In this document: in pieces, positions 49,531-59,413 of the stretch
Layout of the letters: every line of letters begins with the position of its first letter
Numbering within the stretch: the first letter of the stretch is position 1
DNA from: Anaeromyxobacteraceae bacterium
GTDB lineage: Bacteria > Myxococcota > Myxococcia > Myxococcales > Anaeromyxobacteraceae
Assembly: GCA_032654565.1 (NCBI GenBank)
Contig: JAULAX010000009.1
Span: 64,001 to 128,000, forward strand
Length of the DNA: 64,000 nucleotides
Direction of reading: 5' to 3'
Translations under genes and position numbers: made by a program
Notes under the pieces: generated by a model
What the model was told of the DNA's origin: nothing
The model's input: the letters and a program-made list of their open reading frames with translations, nothing else
Database searches by the model: none

Positions 49531-50451
49531 TCACGGGGAGACGGAGTTGGCGCACCAGCGGATGGAGCAGCCGGTGATCTTGAAGGTCGGGTAGGCGAGA
49601 TCGGAGGCGATCTCGACCAGGTAACCGTAGGAACTCGTCCCGTCGAAGGTGACGAAGGGACCGCCAGTGATGGTGGCGCTCGAGACCTTGGTCGGACCAA
49701 GGGTGACCGCGCCCCCGGAGAGCGAGACGGTGCTGATGGCGGCGCCCGGCGTGCCGGCGCCGACCGGGATCCTCCAGAGGCTGGCCGTCACCTTGGCCGT
49801 CGGAGCCGCAAAGCCGGTCTGGAACCAGCAGGCGAACTCTACCGGCGTGGCCCCGTTGTAGGGGTGGACCGGGGCGCCGATCTTGCCGCCGTCCAGGCTC
49901 GGCCCGAACTCGTCGTAGTTCCTGACCACCGTCGCGCCGCTGGTGACGGTGGCCTGGAAGTCGGTGGCCTGGAGGTTGTAGGCGCCGCACCTGGCCGGGT
50001 TCCAGCCCAGGTCGCTGGTGGCGATGATGAGCGGCGAGCTCACCGAGGTGCCGGCGACCAGCGCGGGGTTGACCGCCAGCGTCGTCCCGGTCAGCTCCAG
50101 CCCGGTCCCGACGGCCCAGTTCGGTCCGATGGGTCCGGTCGGACCGGCAGGCCCGGTCGGTCCGGCGGGGCCGACGGGGCCCGTGAAGCCCATCGGTCCG
50201 GCGGGGCCAACGGGGCCCGTGAAGCCCATCGGTCCGATGGGACCGGTGGGACCCGCCGCGCCGTCCAGGCCCGCGGGGCCGGTCGGCCCGGTCGGCCCGG
50301 TCACGCCGGCAGGACCGGCGGGGCCGACGGCCCCGTTGGTACCGGCAGGTCCAGCGGGTCCGGTCGGACCGGCGCCGCCGTCCTTCCCGCTGGATCCAGA
50401 GCAGCTGGTGAGGACCAGAGCGGCGACACAGCCGGCGACGACATGCCTCAT
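49531..50451 (-). CDS. Collagen-like (Gly-X-Y repeat) lipoprotein
   Basis: AAGGAG RBS, lipobox LTSC, long GPT/GPA/GPM run, Cys-containing C-terminal domain. Confidence 0.82.
   Translation of the reverse strand: MRHVVAGCVAALVLTSCSGSSGKDGGAGPTGPAGPAGTNGAVGPAGPAGVTGPTGPTGPAGLDGAAGPTGPIGPMGFTGPVGPAGPMGFTGPVGPAGPTGPAGPTGPIGPNWAVGTGLELTGTTLAVNPALVAGTSVSSPLIIATSDLGWNPARCGAYNLQATDFQATVTSGATVVRNYDEFGPSLDGGKIGAPVHPYNGATPVEFACWFQTGFAAPTAKVTASLWRIPVGAGTPGAAISTVSLSGGAVTLGPTKVSSATITGGPFVTFDGTSSYGYLVEIASDLAYPTFKITGCSIRWCANSVSP
50159..50230. repeat. 36-bp tandem duplication inside the collagen tract
   Basis: GGTCCGGCGGGGCC(G/A)ACGGGGCCCGTGAAGCCCATC x2, one mismatch. Confidence 0.85.
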
Positions 50452-50614
50452 GGCTCGACTCCTTGAAGGGTGGAGCACAGGGGACCGCTCGAAGGCGGTC
50501 ATGAGCTCACCGGGGGGTGACCATCGACATACACCCCGCCGCCCGCGAGCGCCGGGAGAACTGACCCGTGCTCGAGGAAAGGCGGTCCCGAGAGCAGGGG
50601 GGGGCCGCGCGTCG

Positions 50615-51754
50615 TCAGGCCGGGGCGCCGCCGGGCCCCACCAGGAACCAGGTCTTCACCTCGCCCTGGCCTTCGAGCTCGATGACGCCGCGCTCTTCGA
50701 GCACGAAGGGGGCGCCCAGGGCCCGCCGGGTGCTCTCCGCCACCTGGATGCGCCCCGCCACGCCGTGGGACTCCATCCGGCTGGCGGTGTTCACCGCCTC
50801 GCCCCAGACGTCGTAGACGAACCGGGCCCGCCCGATGACGCCAGCCACCACCGGGCCGGTGGCGAGGCCGATGCGCACCTGCAGCCTCCCGCCGGTGCGC
50901 TCGTTGAAGCGGGCCACGGCGTGGAGCATCTCCAGCGCCAGCGTGGCGACCCGGGCCGCGTCGTCCGGGCCGGGCTGCGGCACCCCGGCCGCGGCCAGGT
51001 AGGAGTTCCCCAGGGACTTGATCTTCCTCAGGCTGCGCCCGGCGGCCAGGCGATCGAAGTCGGTGAAGATCTCCTCGAGCCCCGCCGCCAGGGCCACGGC
51101 GTCGACGGCCGGCGCCTGGTCGGCGAACCCCACCACGTCGGCCACCAGCACGGTGGCCGCGCCGAAGCTGTCGACGCTCGCGTCGGGGCGCTCCTTCAGC
51201 CTGGCGGCGATCGAGTCGGGCGGGACGCGCAGCGCCAGCCGCTCCGAGACCTTCCGCTCCGCCACCACCTGGTCGAACAGCTTCCGCAGCTCGACGTTCT
51301 TGGCGCGGATCTCCTCCCGGCTGGCCTCCAGCGCCGCCACCGTCCTCGCCAGCGCCTTGGCGAAGAGCCGGACCTCCAGCATGTTGTGGACCCGGGTGAG
51401 CACCTCGGCGAGGTCGAAGGGCTTGCTGACGAAGTCCTTGGCCCCGGCGCGGAGCGCCCGCAGCTTGTGGTCGGGCTGCGCGGTGATCACCAGCACCGGG
51501 AGGTACCCGTCCTTCTCCACCTCCTTGAGCGCCTCCATCACCTGGAAGCCGTCCATGGCGGGCATCTGCAGGTCGAGCAGGATCAGGTCGTACCCGTTGG
51601 CGCGGTGCAGCTCGCAGACGGCGCGGGGATCGCGCGTCGAGGTCACCGCCAGGTAGCCGGCGGCGCCCAGCATGCCCTCCAGGAGCAGGACGTTGGCCTC
51701 CAGGTCGTCGACGATGAGGATCCGGGCCTTCCAGATCTCGGCGGGGTCGATCAC
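50615..51754 (-). CDS. Response regulator fused to a class III adenylate/guanylate cyclase domain
   Basis: REC (IVDD, LLDLQMP, KPF); cyclase [37 protein letters not shown]. Confidence 0.9.
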   Translation of the reverse strand: MIDPAEIWKARILIVDDLEANVLLLEGMLGAAGYLAVTSTRDPRAVCELHRANGYDLILLDLQMPAMDGFQVMEALKEVEKDGYLPVLVITAQPDHKLRALRAGAKDFVSKPFDLAEVLTRVHNMLEVRLFAKALARTVAALEASREEIRAKNVELRKLFDQVVAERKVSERLALRVPPDSIAARLKERPDASVDSFGAATVLVADVVGFADQAPAVDAVALAAGLEEIFTDFDRLAAGRSLRKIKSLGNSYLAAAGVPQPGPDDAARVATLALEMLHAVARFNERTGGRLQVRIGLATGPVVAGVIGRARFVYDVWGEAVNTASRMESHGVAGRIQVAESTRRALGAPFVLEERGVIELEGQGEVKTWFLVGPGGAPA

Positions 51755-53919
51755 GGCGGCGCCGGCCTTCCATCCCCGGCCCCGGCCGGGGCGGCCGCCA
51801 GGTCGAGCGCCCGGTCCAGCGCCTCCATGAACTGCCCCACCTTCAGCGGCTTGGTCAGGTACTCGATGAAGCCGGCCTGCAGCCCCTTCTCGATGTCCCG
51901 CGCCATGGCGTTGGCGCTCAGGGCCAGCACCGGGATGTGGGCGGTGGCCGGGTCGTCGCGGAGGATCTTCAGGGCCTCCAGCCCGCTGATGCCGGGCAGG
52001 TTGATGTCCATGAAGATCACGTCGGGGCGGTTGGCGCGGGCCAGCTGGATGCCCATGTTGCCGTCCAGGGCGCTGAGGAGGCGGATGGCGGGGCGGCGGG
52101 CCATGAACTCCTGGACCAGCTCCAGGTTGGCCAGGTTGTCCTCGACGTAGAGCAGGGTGCGGGTGGGTCCATCCGGCTGGACGCCGGCCAGGAGCGGGGC
52201 CGCCACCGCCCCCGTCGCCGCCCCCGTCTCCGGCGCCGGCGCCGCCACCGCCCCCAGCTCGAACCAGAACTCGCTCCCCACCCCGACGACGCTCTTCACG
52301 CCGATGACGCCCCCCATCAGCTCCACCAGCCGCTTGGCCATCACCAGGCCGATCCCGGTGCCCTGGACCGTGCCGCTGGCCTGCCCCAGCCGGTTGAACG
52401 GCTGGAAGAGCTGGGCCAGCTGCTCGGGGGCGAGGCCGGCGCCGCTGTCCTTGACGCTGATCCGCAGCCGGCCCGGGCCCCGGCCGCGACACTCGACGAC
52501 CACGGCGCCCTTGGGCTGGTTGTACTTGACGGCGTTGGACAGCAGGTTGATGAGGATCTGCTTGAGCCGGATCCGGTCGGCGAGCACGAAGGTGGGGACC
52601 TCGAAGGTCGGGAAGGTCATGCGGATCCCGGCCAGCTTGGCCTGGGGCTCGATCATGGCCTGGCACTCCAGCACCACCTCCTCCAGCGAGGTCGGCTCGC
52701 GGGAGAGCGACATCCTCCCCGACTCGATCTGCGCCAGGTCGAGGATCTCGTTGATCAGCTCGAGCAGGTACCAGCCGGCGCGGAGGATCTGGGCGATGCT
52801 CCGCTGGTGGAGCGGCTCCACCGTGGTGGGGTCCGACTCCATGAGCTGGGCGAAGCCGAGGATGGCGTTGAGCGGGGAGCGCAGCTCGTGGCTCATGCTG
52901 GAGAGGAAGTCGGACTTGGCGAGGTTGGCCTTCTCGGCCGCCTTCTTGGCCTGGGTCAGGGTCTCCTCGACCTGGCGCCGCTCGGTCTGGTCGCGGGTCA
53001 GCTTGGCGAAGCCGCGGGCGTTGCCGGCCGGATCCCGGATGGCGGTGAAGACCACGTTGGCCCAGAAGGTCGAGCCGTCCTTGCGCACCCGCCACCCCTC
53101 GACCTCCCGCCGCCCCTCGGCCGCGGCGTCGAGGTCGCGCTGGGGGACACCCAGCTCGATGTCGTGGGGCGGGTAGAACCGGGAGAAGTGCTGGCCGACG
53201 ATCTCCTCGGCGCGGTAGCCCTTGATCCGCTCGGCGCCGGAGTTCCAGCTCACCACGCACCCCTCCGAGTCGAGCATGACGATGGCGGCGTCGGTGACGC
53301 TCTCCACCATCAGGCGGAAGCCCTCCTCGGTCCAGCGCAGCTTCTCCTCGACCTGCTTGCGCGCCGAGTTGTCGGTGCCGATCAGCAGGTAGCCGATGAT
53401 CCGGTCCTCGGCGTCGCGCAGCGCGGTGACCGAGACGATGGCCGGGAAGCGGCTGCCGTCCTTGCGGATGTAGGTCAGCTCGTACTTGTCCTCGATGCCG
53501 CGCGAGGCCTTGAAGGCCAGGGCCTCGAAGCCGGGGGCGATGGTGGTCGCCAGCTCCAGGCTCAGGGCCGCGGCCCGCGCGATCACCTCCTGCGGATCGT
53601 GGATGTCGGCCGGCGTGATCTTGTCGACCACCTCGGCGGCGGCGTACCCCAGCATGGTCTCGGCCCCGATGTTGAAGATCTGGATGACCCCCTTCTCGTC
53701 GGTGGCGATCAGCGAGAAGTTGGCGCTGGTGAGGATGGCGTTCTGCAGGGCCCCGGTCTTGAGCAGGGCCTCCTTGCGCCGGACCTCGGTGGGGGTGTCG
53801 GCCGCGGGGGGGACGACCGGGCCGGCCGGGGCGGGCGTGAGCAGGGCCGAGACGGGCGGGGCGAGCACGACCGGGCGGACGGCGGACGGGGCGGGCACGA
53901 CCTTCGGGGGCGGCTTCAT
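51751..53919 (-). CDS. Hybrid sensor histidine kinase (PAS-PAS-HisKA-HATPase-REC)
   Basis: RKDGS PAC motifs x2, MSHELRSPLN, NAVKY, GTGIGL, FMDINLP. Confidence 0.93.
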   Translation of the reverse strand: MKPPPKVVPAPSAVRPVVLAPPVSALLTPAPAGPVVPPAADTPTEVRRKEALLKTGALQNAILTSANFSLIATDEKGVIQIFNIGAETMLGYAAAEVVDKITPADIHDPQEVIARAAALSLELATTIAPGFEALAFKASRGIEDKYELTYIRKDGSRFPAIVSVTALRDAEDRIIGYLLIGTDNSARKQVEEKLRWTEEGFRLMVESVTDAAIVMLDSEGCVVSWNSGAERIKGYRAEEIVGQHFSRFYPPHDIELGVPQRDLDAAAEGRREVEGWRVRKDGSTFWANVVFTAIRDPAGNARGFAKLTRDQTERRQVEETLTQAKKAAEKANLAKSDFLSSMSHELRSPLNAILGFAQLMESDPTTVEPLHQRSIAQILRAGWYLLELINEILDLAQIESGRMSLSREPTSLEEVVLECQAMIEPQAKLAGIRMTFPTFEVPTFVLADRIRLKQILINLLSNAVKYNQPKGAVVVECRGRGPGRLRISVKDSGAGLAPEQLAQLFQPFNRLGQASGTVQGTGIGLVMAKRLVELMGGVIGVKSVVGVGSEFWFELGAVAAPAPETGAATGAVAAPLLAGVQPDGPTRTLLYVEDNLANLELVQEFMARRPAIRLLSALDGNMGIQLARANRPDVIFMDINLPGISGLEALKILRDDPATAHIPVLALSANAMARDIEKGLQAGFIEYLTKPLKVGQFMEALDRALDLAAAPAGAGDGRPAPP

Positions 53920-55145
53920 GGTGTGGTCTCCCCGGCCTTGGCCTGCTTGGCCAGCACCTCGGCAGCGGCCTCGGCCTCGGCCTCCTCCTCGCGCAGGTCG
54001 TGGGCCAGCTCCCGGGCGATCAGCCCGGCGTCGGGCGCGGTGGCGCCGGCGCTGAGCCGCTCGTAGGTGGCCTCGCTCCGGGCGTTCCGGTCCTGCGCCG
54101 GGCGGTCCTCGCTGTCGTCGCCGGGCAGCTCCACCTGCAGCTCGTGGAGGATCATCTGCAGGCCGGCGGCGATGGGGAGCGCCAGCAGCGCCCCCATCAC
54201 CCCGAGCAGCGTCCCCCCGGCCAGCAGCGCCAGGACCACCACCGCCGGCGAGAGCCGCAGCACGTGGCCGTAGACCTTGGGGATGAGCACCCGGCTCTCG
54301 AACTCCATGTAGACCAGGAAGGCGATGGTCACCACCGTGGCCACCCCGGCGCCGCGGGGGAGCGCCGAGAGGATGGCCGGGGCGGCACCGATGAAGATCC
54401 CCACGAACGGGATGACGTCGGTGAGCGCCGCGAACAGGGCCAGGGACAGGGCGTTGGGAACCTGGCAGATGGCCAGCAGCGTGAAGGTGAACAGGCCGAT
54501 GGCCGAGGAGGTGATGAGCTGGCCGCGCATGTAGCCGCCCACGATCTCCTCCAGGTTGTGGAGGATGCGGGCCAGCCGCATGTGGTAGCCGCGCGGCACC
54601 AGGGCGTAGAGCGTCCCCTGGGTGCGCTTCCCGTCGGCCAGGAAGTAGAAGGCCAGCACCACCGCGGTGGCGAAGTACCCGACCACCATGACGGTCCTCG
54701 ACGAGTAGCCGAGCGCGTAGGTCTCGATCCGGCCCGCCAGGTCCCCCTGGCCGGCGCCCTGGACGGCGTGGGCCAGCGGCAGGGTGAAGCTGTTCCGCTC
54801 CAGGGAGGCGATCAGCGCCTCGCGGTGAGCCGGCGCCGCCCGCATGATCTCGACCATCTGCGCCAGCAGCGGCGGCACGGTCAGGAAGAGCAGCAGCGCG
54901 GCGGTGATCACCGCCCCGAGGAAGAGCAGGACCAGCGCCCAGGTCCGCTTCACCCCGCGTCGCTCCATCCCCTCGACCAGCGGGTTGAAGGTCCCGGCGA
55001 AGATCAGGGCCACCACCACCAGCAGCACCACCACGCGGAGCTGGCCGAGCAGCCAGACGCCGCCGAGGGCGGCCAGGATCCAGCCCACCGTGGATGGGGC
55101 GACCTCGATCCGGACGATCGACCGCACCGGGGAGGTCTCCCTCAT
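53916..55145 (-). CDS. AI-2E (PerM/UPF0118) family transporter
   Basis: FYFLADG, GYMRGQL, IPFVG, LIPKVYG, GALLALP; ATGA-coupled to the kinase. Confidence 0.88.
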   Translation of the reverse strand: MRETSPVRSIVRIEVAPSTVGWILAALGGVWLLGQLRVVVLLVVVALIFAGTFNPLVEGMERRGVKRTWALVLLFLGAVITAALLLFLTVPPLLAQMVEIMRAAPAHREALIASLERNSFTLPLAHAVQGAGQGDLAGRIETYALGYSSRTVMVVGYFATAVVLAFYFLADGKRTQGTLYALVPRGYHMRLARILHNLEEIVGGYMRGQLITSSAIGLFTFTLLAICQVPNALSLALFAALTDVIPFVGIFIGAAPAILSALPRGAGVATVVTIAFLVYMEFESRVLIPKVYGHVLRLSPAVVVLALLAGGTLLGVMGALLALPIAAGLQMILHELQVELPGDDSEDRPAQDRNARSEATYERLSAGATAPDAGLIARELAHDLREEEAEAEAAAEVLAKQAKAGETTP

Positions 55146-55250
55146 GGCCGGCCACGATCGCGGGCGCCGCCAGGGCCCACGGCCTCGCCGTGGGAGGTGT
55201 GTCGGTGGCGCCGGGACGGGGGTGATGGTGGCTTCAGGCCCCATCAGGTA

Positions 55251-55266
55251 CGCAGCCGGCGTGCCG
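55251..55266 (-). promoter_or_regulatory. Candidate sigma54 promoter CGGCACGCCGGCTGCG
   Basis: GG-N10-GC upstream of the AI-2E/kinase/cyclase operon. Confidence 0.5.
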
Positions 55267-55329
55267 ACGCCCGCACCTTCGCAAGCCTTCGTGATTGCAG
55301 GGATCCCTGTCCCGGCGACCGCGGGATAG

Positions 55330-55369
55330 GCGTTCGCGAGCGTTCGCCAGGTGTTCGGGCCCGCGTTCG
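55330..55369. repeat. Four GYGTTCG direct repeats spaced 10-12 bp apart
   Basis: Copies start at 55330, 55340, 55351 and 55363. Confidence 0.65.
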
Positions 55370-55384
55370 GGCCGGGCGGCCCCG

Positions 55385-56191
55385 CTACGGCGCCGCCAGC
55401 ACGATCTCGATGCGCCGGTTCTGGCTGCGACCCTCGGGGGTGTCGTTGGGCGAGATGGGCTGGTACTGGCCGTAGCCGGCCCCGGCCAGGCGGCTCGGGT
55501 CGACGCCGTTCTCCTGGAGGAAGCGCACCACCGCCAAGGCCCGGGCGGTGGAGAGCTCCCAGTTGGTGGCGAAGGCGCCGCCGCCGGTGGGCACGTCGTC
55601 GGTGTGCCCCTCGATGCGGATGACCCGCCCCTGCACGCCGCGCAGCGCCTCTGCCACCTTCTTGAGCGCCACCTTCCCCTCGGCGCCGATGGTGGCCGAG
55701 CCGGAGGCGAAGAGGATCTTGTCCTTCATCTTCACCGTCAGCTTCCCCCGCAGCTCGGAGACCTCGACGCGGCCGGCCTCGATGTCGCCCTGCAGCGAGC
55801 TGGCCAGCGCCTGGTACTCGGCGCTCTTCTTCTCCAGCTCGGCCTTGGCCTGCTCCAGCCGCCGCTTCGACTTGGACAGCTCGTCGACCAGCGCCTGGAG
55901 CTCGGCGTTGCGATCGGCGGCCACCTTGAGCTCGGCCTGCCGGGCCGCCAGGTTGGCCTCGTCGGACCTGACCTTCTCCTGCAGGCCGCGGACCTCCGCC
56001 TGGACGCCGTCGAACTCGCCCCGCAGCGCGGTGATCTGGTCGCGCACGGCCCGGGACCTGGCCTGCTCGGCCTGCAGCTCGGCCTGGAAGCTGGCCGCCT
56101 CGGCCTCCTTCTTGCGGTAGGTGTCGGACGAGACGCAGCCGACCGGGAGCAGGGCGGCGAGCGAGAGGGCGACGGCGAGCGGTCGACGCAT
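55385..56191 (-). CDS. OmpA/MotB family lipoprotein with coiled coil
   Basis: Lipobox PVGC, ILFASGSA, EGHTDD, NWELSTARA, NRRIEI; AGGAGG RBS. Confidence 0.9.
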   Translation of the reverse strand: MRRPLAVALSLAALLPVGCVSSDTYRKKEAEAASFQAELQAEQARSRAVRDQITALRGEFDGVQAEVRGLQEKVRSDEANLAARQAELKVAADRNAELQALVDELSKSKRRLEQAKAELEKKSAEYQALASSLQGDIEAGRVEVSELRGKLTVKMKDKILFASGSATIGAEGKVALKKVAEALRGVQGRVIRIEGHTDDVPTGGGAFATNWELSTARALAVVRFLQENGVDPSRLAGAGYGQYQPISPNDTPEGRSQNRRIEIVLAAP

Positions 56192-56288
56192 GTGACCTCC
56201 TGCGGGCTGGGGAGCGGCGACTCTACCCCCTTGGCGCGGCCGGTGAACCCCCGTTCCGTGGCCACCTGCCGCAGCGGCCGGGCCGGCG

Positions 56289-58007
56289 TCAGCGGGCGGC
56301 GCGGAGGTCCTTGAGCTTGAGCTGGAGCCGGCGGGTCCCGTCCCAGTCGTCGAAGCCGAGCGTGAAGGCCGCCTCCACCGGCGCCTCGCAGAGGCCGGCG
56401 CGGTCGCCCATGGAGAAGCCGATGGCGTCGAGCCCCTTGCCGAAGGAGAGCTTGAGGTGGGCGGCGCCGGCGCCGACGGTGCGGGCCCTGCTGGGGCGGG
56501 CGCGCAGGGCGAAGACCGGCTCGGGGTGGCCGGGGCCGAAGGGGCCGAGCCGCTCCAGGTCCTCGGCGGCGGCGGGGGTGAGCTCGCCCTCCTCCACCCA
56601 GCCGTCGACGCGGCAGCGCGGGACCAGGTCGTCGGCCGAGAGCGCCCTCGCGGCGTGGGCCTCGAAGGCGGCCCGGAAGGGCTCGATGGCGGTGGCGGCG
56701 ATGGTGACGCCGGCGGCGTGGCGGTGGCCCCCGAAGCGGAGCAGGTGGCCGCTGCAGGCGGCCAGGGCGTCGTAGAGGTGGAACCCCTCGATGGAGCGGC
56801 CGCTCCCCCTCCCCTCGGCGCCGTCGTGGCCGATGAGCACCGCCGGGCGGTGGAAGCGCTCGGCCACCCGCGCCGCCACGATGCCGACCACCCCGGCGTG
56901 CCAGCCCTGGCGCCCCAGCACCAGCCCGACCGCGCCGCGCCGGACCGCGGCGCCGGCGTCGTCGAGCGCCTCGGCCAGCATGCGCCGCTCGATCTCCTGG
57001 CGGGCCTGGTTCTCCCGGTCGAGCTCGCCGGCCAGGGCGCTGGCCTCGGCCTCGTCGAGCGTGGAGAGCAGCCGCACCCCGCGGCCGGCGTCGTCGAGCC
57101 GCCCGGCGGCGTTGATGCGCGGGCCGAGCCGGAAGCCGACCTGGCCGGCGGTCACCGCCCCCTCGGGCACGCCGGCCACGCGCTTGAGCGCCCGCAGGCC
57201 GGGGCGGCGGGTGGCGGCGATCTCGGCGAGGCCGTGGCGGACCAGGATGCGGTTGGCGCCGGTGAGCGGCACCACGTCGGCCACGGTGCCGAGGGCCACC
57301 AGGTCGAGCGCGGCGCGCAGGTTGGGCTCGGGGCGCTCCGGCGTGAAGCGGCCGGCCTCGCGCAGCGTCTTGCGCAGCGCCATCAGCAGCGTGAAGGTGA
57401 CGCCCACCGCCGAGAGCTCCTTCGAGGGGTAGCCGCAGCCGGGCTGGTGGGGGTTGAGGATGGCCACGGCGGCGGGCAGCGCCACCGGGACGGTGTGGTG
57501 GTCGACCACCACCGTCTCCACGCCGAGCGCTGCGGCGGCGCGCACCTCCTCGACGCTGGTGATGCCGCAGTCGAGGCTGACCAGCAGCTTCACCCCCTGC
57601 GCCGCCAACCGCTCGACGGCGCCGGTGTTGAGGCCGTACCCTTCGACCAGCCGGTGGGGCGTGTAGGTGACCACGTCGCCGCCGGCGGCGCGCAGGAAGC
57701 CGGAGAGCAGGACGGTGGAGGTGACGCCGTCGACGTCGTAGTCGCCGTAGGTGGCGATCTTCTCGCCCCGCTCCAGCGCCAGGACCAGGCGGGCCACCGC
57801 CGCCGGCATCCCCTTCATGGAGAAGGGGTCGGGGAGGCCGGTGAGCGGGGCGTCGAGGAAGAGGCGGGCCTCGGCCGGGTCGGCGTGACCGCGGGAGGCG
57901 AGCACCCGGGCCGCCAGCGGGTGCAGGCCGAGGGCGCTGGCCAGCTCGGCCGCCCCTGCCCCGTCGCCGCCCACCTCGATCCAGCGCTTCCCCGGCCGCT
58001 CGTCCAC
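56289..58007 (-). CDS. recJ: Single-stranded-DNA-specific exonuclease RecJ
   Basis: GDYDVDG, DCG, DHH, GTVADVVPL, PRINAAGR, GSGRS, GGHRHAAG, PFG.G.PEP. Confidence 0.96.
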   Translation of the reverse strand: MDERPGKRWIEVGGDGAGAAELASALGLHPLAARVLASRGHADPAEARLFLDAPLTGLPDPFSMKGMPAAVARLVLALERGEKIATYGDYDVDGVTSTVLLSGFLRAAGGDVVTYTPHRLVEGYGLNTGAVERLAAQGVKLLVSLDCGITSVEEVRAAAALGVETVVVDHHTVPVALPAAVAILNPHQPGCGYPSKELSAVGVTFTLLMALRKTLREAGRFTPERPEPNLRAALDLVALGTVADVVPLTGANRILVRHGLAEIAATRRPGLRALKRVAGVPEGAVTAGQVGFRLGPRINAAGRLDDAGRGVRLLSTLDEAEASALAGELDRENQARQEIERRMLAEALDDAGAAVRRGAVGLVLGRQGWHAGVVGIVAARVAERFHRPAVLIGHDGAEGRGSGRSIEGFHLYDALAACSGHLLRFGGHRHAAGVTIAATAIEPFRAAFEAHAARALSADDLVPRCRVDGWVEEGELTPAAAEDLERLGPFGPGHPEPVFALRARPSRARTVGAGAAHLKLSFGKGLDAIGFSMGDRAGLCEAPVEAAFTLGFDDWDGTRRLQLKLKDLRAAR

Positions 58008-58014
58008 GGCGACC

Positions 58015-58036
58015 TAGGTAACAGGCTCGTCTGACA
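58015..58036 (-). promoter_or_regulatory. PafBC/RecA-NDp-like promoter of recJ: TGTCAG-N10-TACCTA, 7 nt before GTG
   Basis: Read directly; lies downstream of the secF terminator. Confidence 0.55.
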
Positions 58037-58166
58037 CCCCGGGCGGGGTGTGACGGGCCGGCCCTCCCCGGGGGGCGCCTGGCCGGCCTGGGGTCGCCGG
58101 GCGGGAGCGGGGCCGCGCCGCGGACCTGCCGGCCGCGCCCCGGACCCGGAGTTCCGGGGGGTTATG

Positions 58167-58200
58167 AAAAAGGGGCCGCGGCTCGGCCGATCGGACCCCT
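58167..58200 (-). terminator. Probable intrinsic terminator after secF
   Basis: AGGGGTCCG...CGGCCCCT imperfect stem followed by TTTT. Confidence 0.55.
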
Positions 58201-58245
58201 CTCCAACACACTACTCTGGGACGGGATCAGGGACGGGATCAGGGA

Positions 58246-59409
58246 TCAGACCGCCGGAGCGGCCTTCTTCTTGGCCGCCCGCTCCTCGAGCCAGATGGTC
58301 ATCGGCGCGGCGATGAACCAGGTCGAGTAGGTGCCGGAGACGATGCCCAGCACCATGGCGAAGGCGAAGTCGAAGATGGTGCCCACACCGAAGATGAGCA
58401 GGCCCACCAGCGACAGCGCCGTGGCGAACGAGGTCAGGAAGGTCCGGCCCAGGGTCTCGTTGATGGCCAGGTTGACCAGCTCGGCCAGCCCCCGCCCCTG
58501 GTACCTGGTCTTGTTCTCCCGGATCCGGTCGTAGACCACCACGGTGTCGTTCACCGAGTAGCCCACCACCGTCAGGATCACCGCGATCGAGGTGAGGTTG
58601 AACTCGCGGCCGCTGAAGGCGAAGTAGCCCAGGGTGACGATGGCGTCGTGGATGATGGCGATGACCACGCCCGGGCTGAAGCGGAAGTCGAACCGCAGCC
58701 CCACGTAGACCACGATCAGGGCGATGGCGTAGAGCACCGCCTTGAAGCCCTGGTTGCGCAGCTCGCGCCCCACCGCCGGGCCCACGAACTCCACCCGCCG
58801 CACCTCCGGCCTGGCCGCGGCGAAGCGGGAGGTGAGCTCCTGCTCCACCTTCTCGCGGATGCCCTGGGTGATGACCGCGAAGGAGCGGGTGCCGGCGGTC
58901 AGGCCGGCCTCCTCGCGGACCTCGCGGACCCGCACCCCGGCCGCCTCGACGGCGGCCTTCAGGTCGGCCGCGGCCACCGTCCCCTCGAACTGGAAGTCGA
59001 GCTTGTCGCCGATCTCCGGGTTGAAGGAGATCGACTTCACCGGGAACCTGGCCTTGACCGCCTCCTCCACCCGCTTGACGTCCTCGGCGCCCATCAGGGC
59101 GATGCGGCCGACGCGGATCAGGAAGGTGTGCTCGGAGTCGGCGCCGTAGGTCTGGACCGAGGCGTCCTTGAAGCCCTGCTCCTCGACCGCCTTGCGGATG
59201 GCGCCCGGGTCGACGGTCTCGGCGAACTTGATCTCCATCTCGGTGCCGCCGGCGAAGTCGACGCCGAAGTTGAGGCCGTGGATGGCCGGCAGCGACCAGA
59301 GGATGACCGTGAGGTTGGCGATCAGCGACAGGACGACGGCGATGTTCCGCTTGCCGACGAAGTCGAAGGTGGTCCCGTGGGGGAGGATGTCGAAGGTCTT
59401 GAATTGCAT
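58246..59409 (-). CDS. secF: Protein translocase subunit SecF
   Basis: GVDFAGG, VGPAVG.EL, HD, GYSVNDTVVVYDRIRE, RTFLTS, GTYS. Confidence 0.96.
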   Translation of the reverse strand: MQFKTFDILPHGTTFDFVGKRNIAVVLSLIANLTVILWSLPAIHGLNFGVDFAGGTEMEIKFAETVDPGAIRKAVEEQGFKDASVQTYGADSEHTFLIRVGRIALMGAEDVKRVEEAVKARFPVKSISFNPEIGDKLDFQFEGTVAAADLKAAVEAAGVRVREVREEAGLTAGTRSFAVITQGIREKVEQELTSRFAAARPEVRRVEFVGPAVGRELRNQGFKAVLYAIALIVVYVGLRFDFRFSPGVVIAIIHDAIVTLGYFAFSGREFNLTSIAVILTVVGYSVNDTVVVYDRIRENKTRYQGRGLAELVNLAINETLGRTFLTSFATALSLVGLLIFGVGTIFDFAFAMVLGIVSGTYSTWFIAAPMTIWLEERAAKKKAAPAV

Positions 59410-59413
59410 CGCG

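Noticed and set aside
50119..50380. Repeat tract as a possible CRISPR or ncRNA array
   Set aside because: The 9-bp periodicity is fully explained by Gly-X-Y coding.
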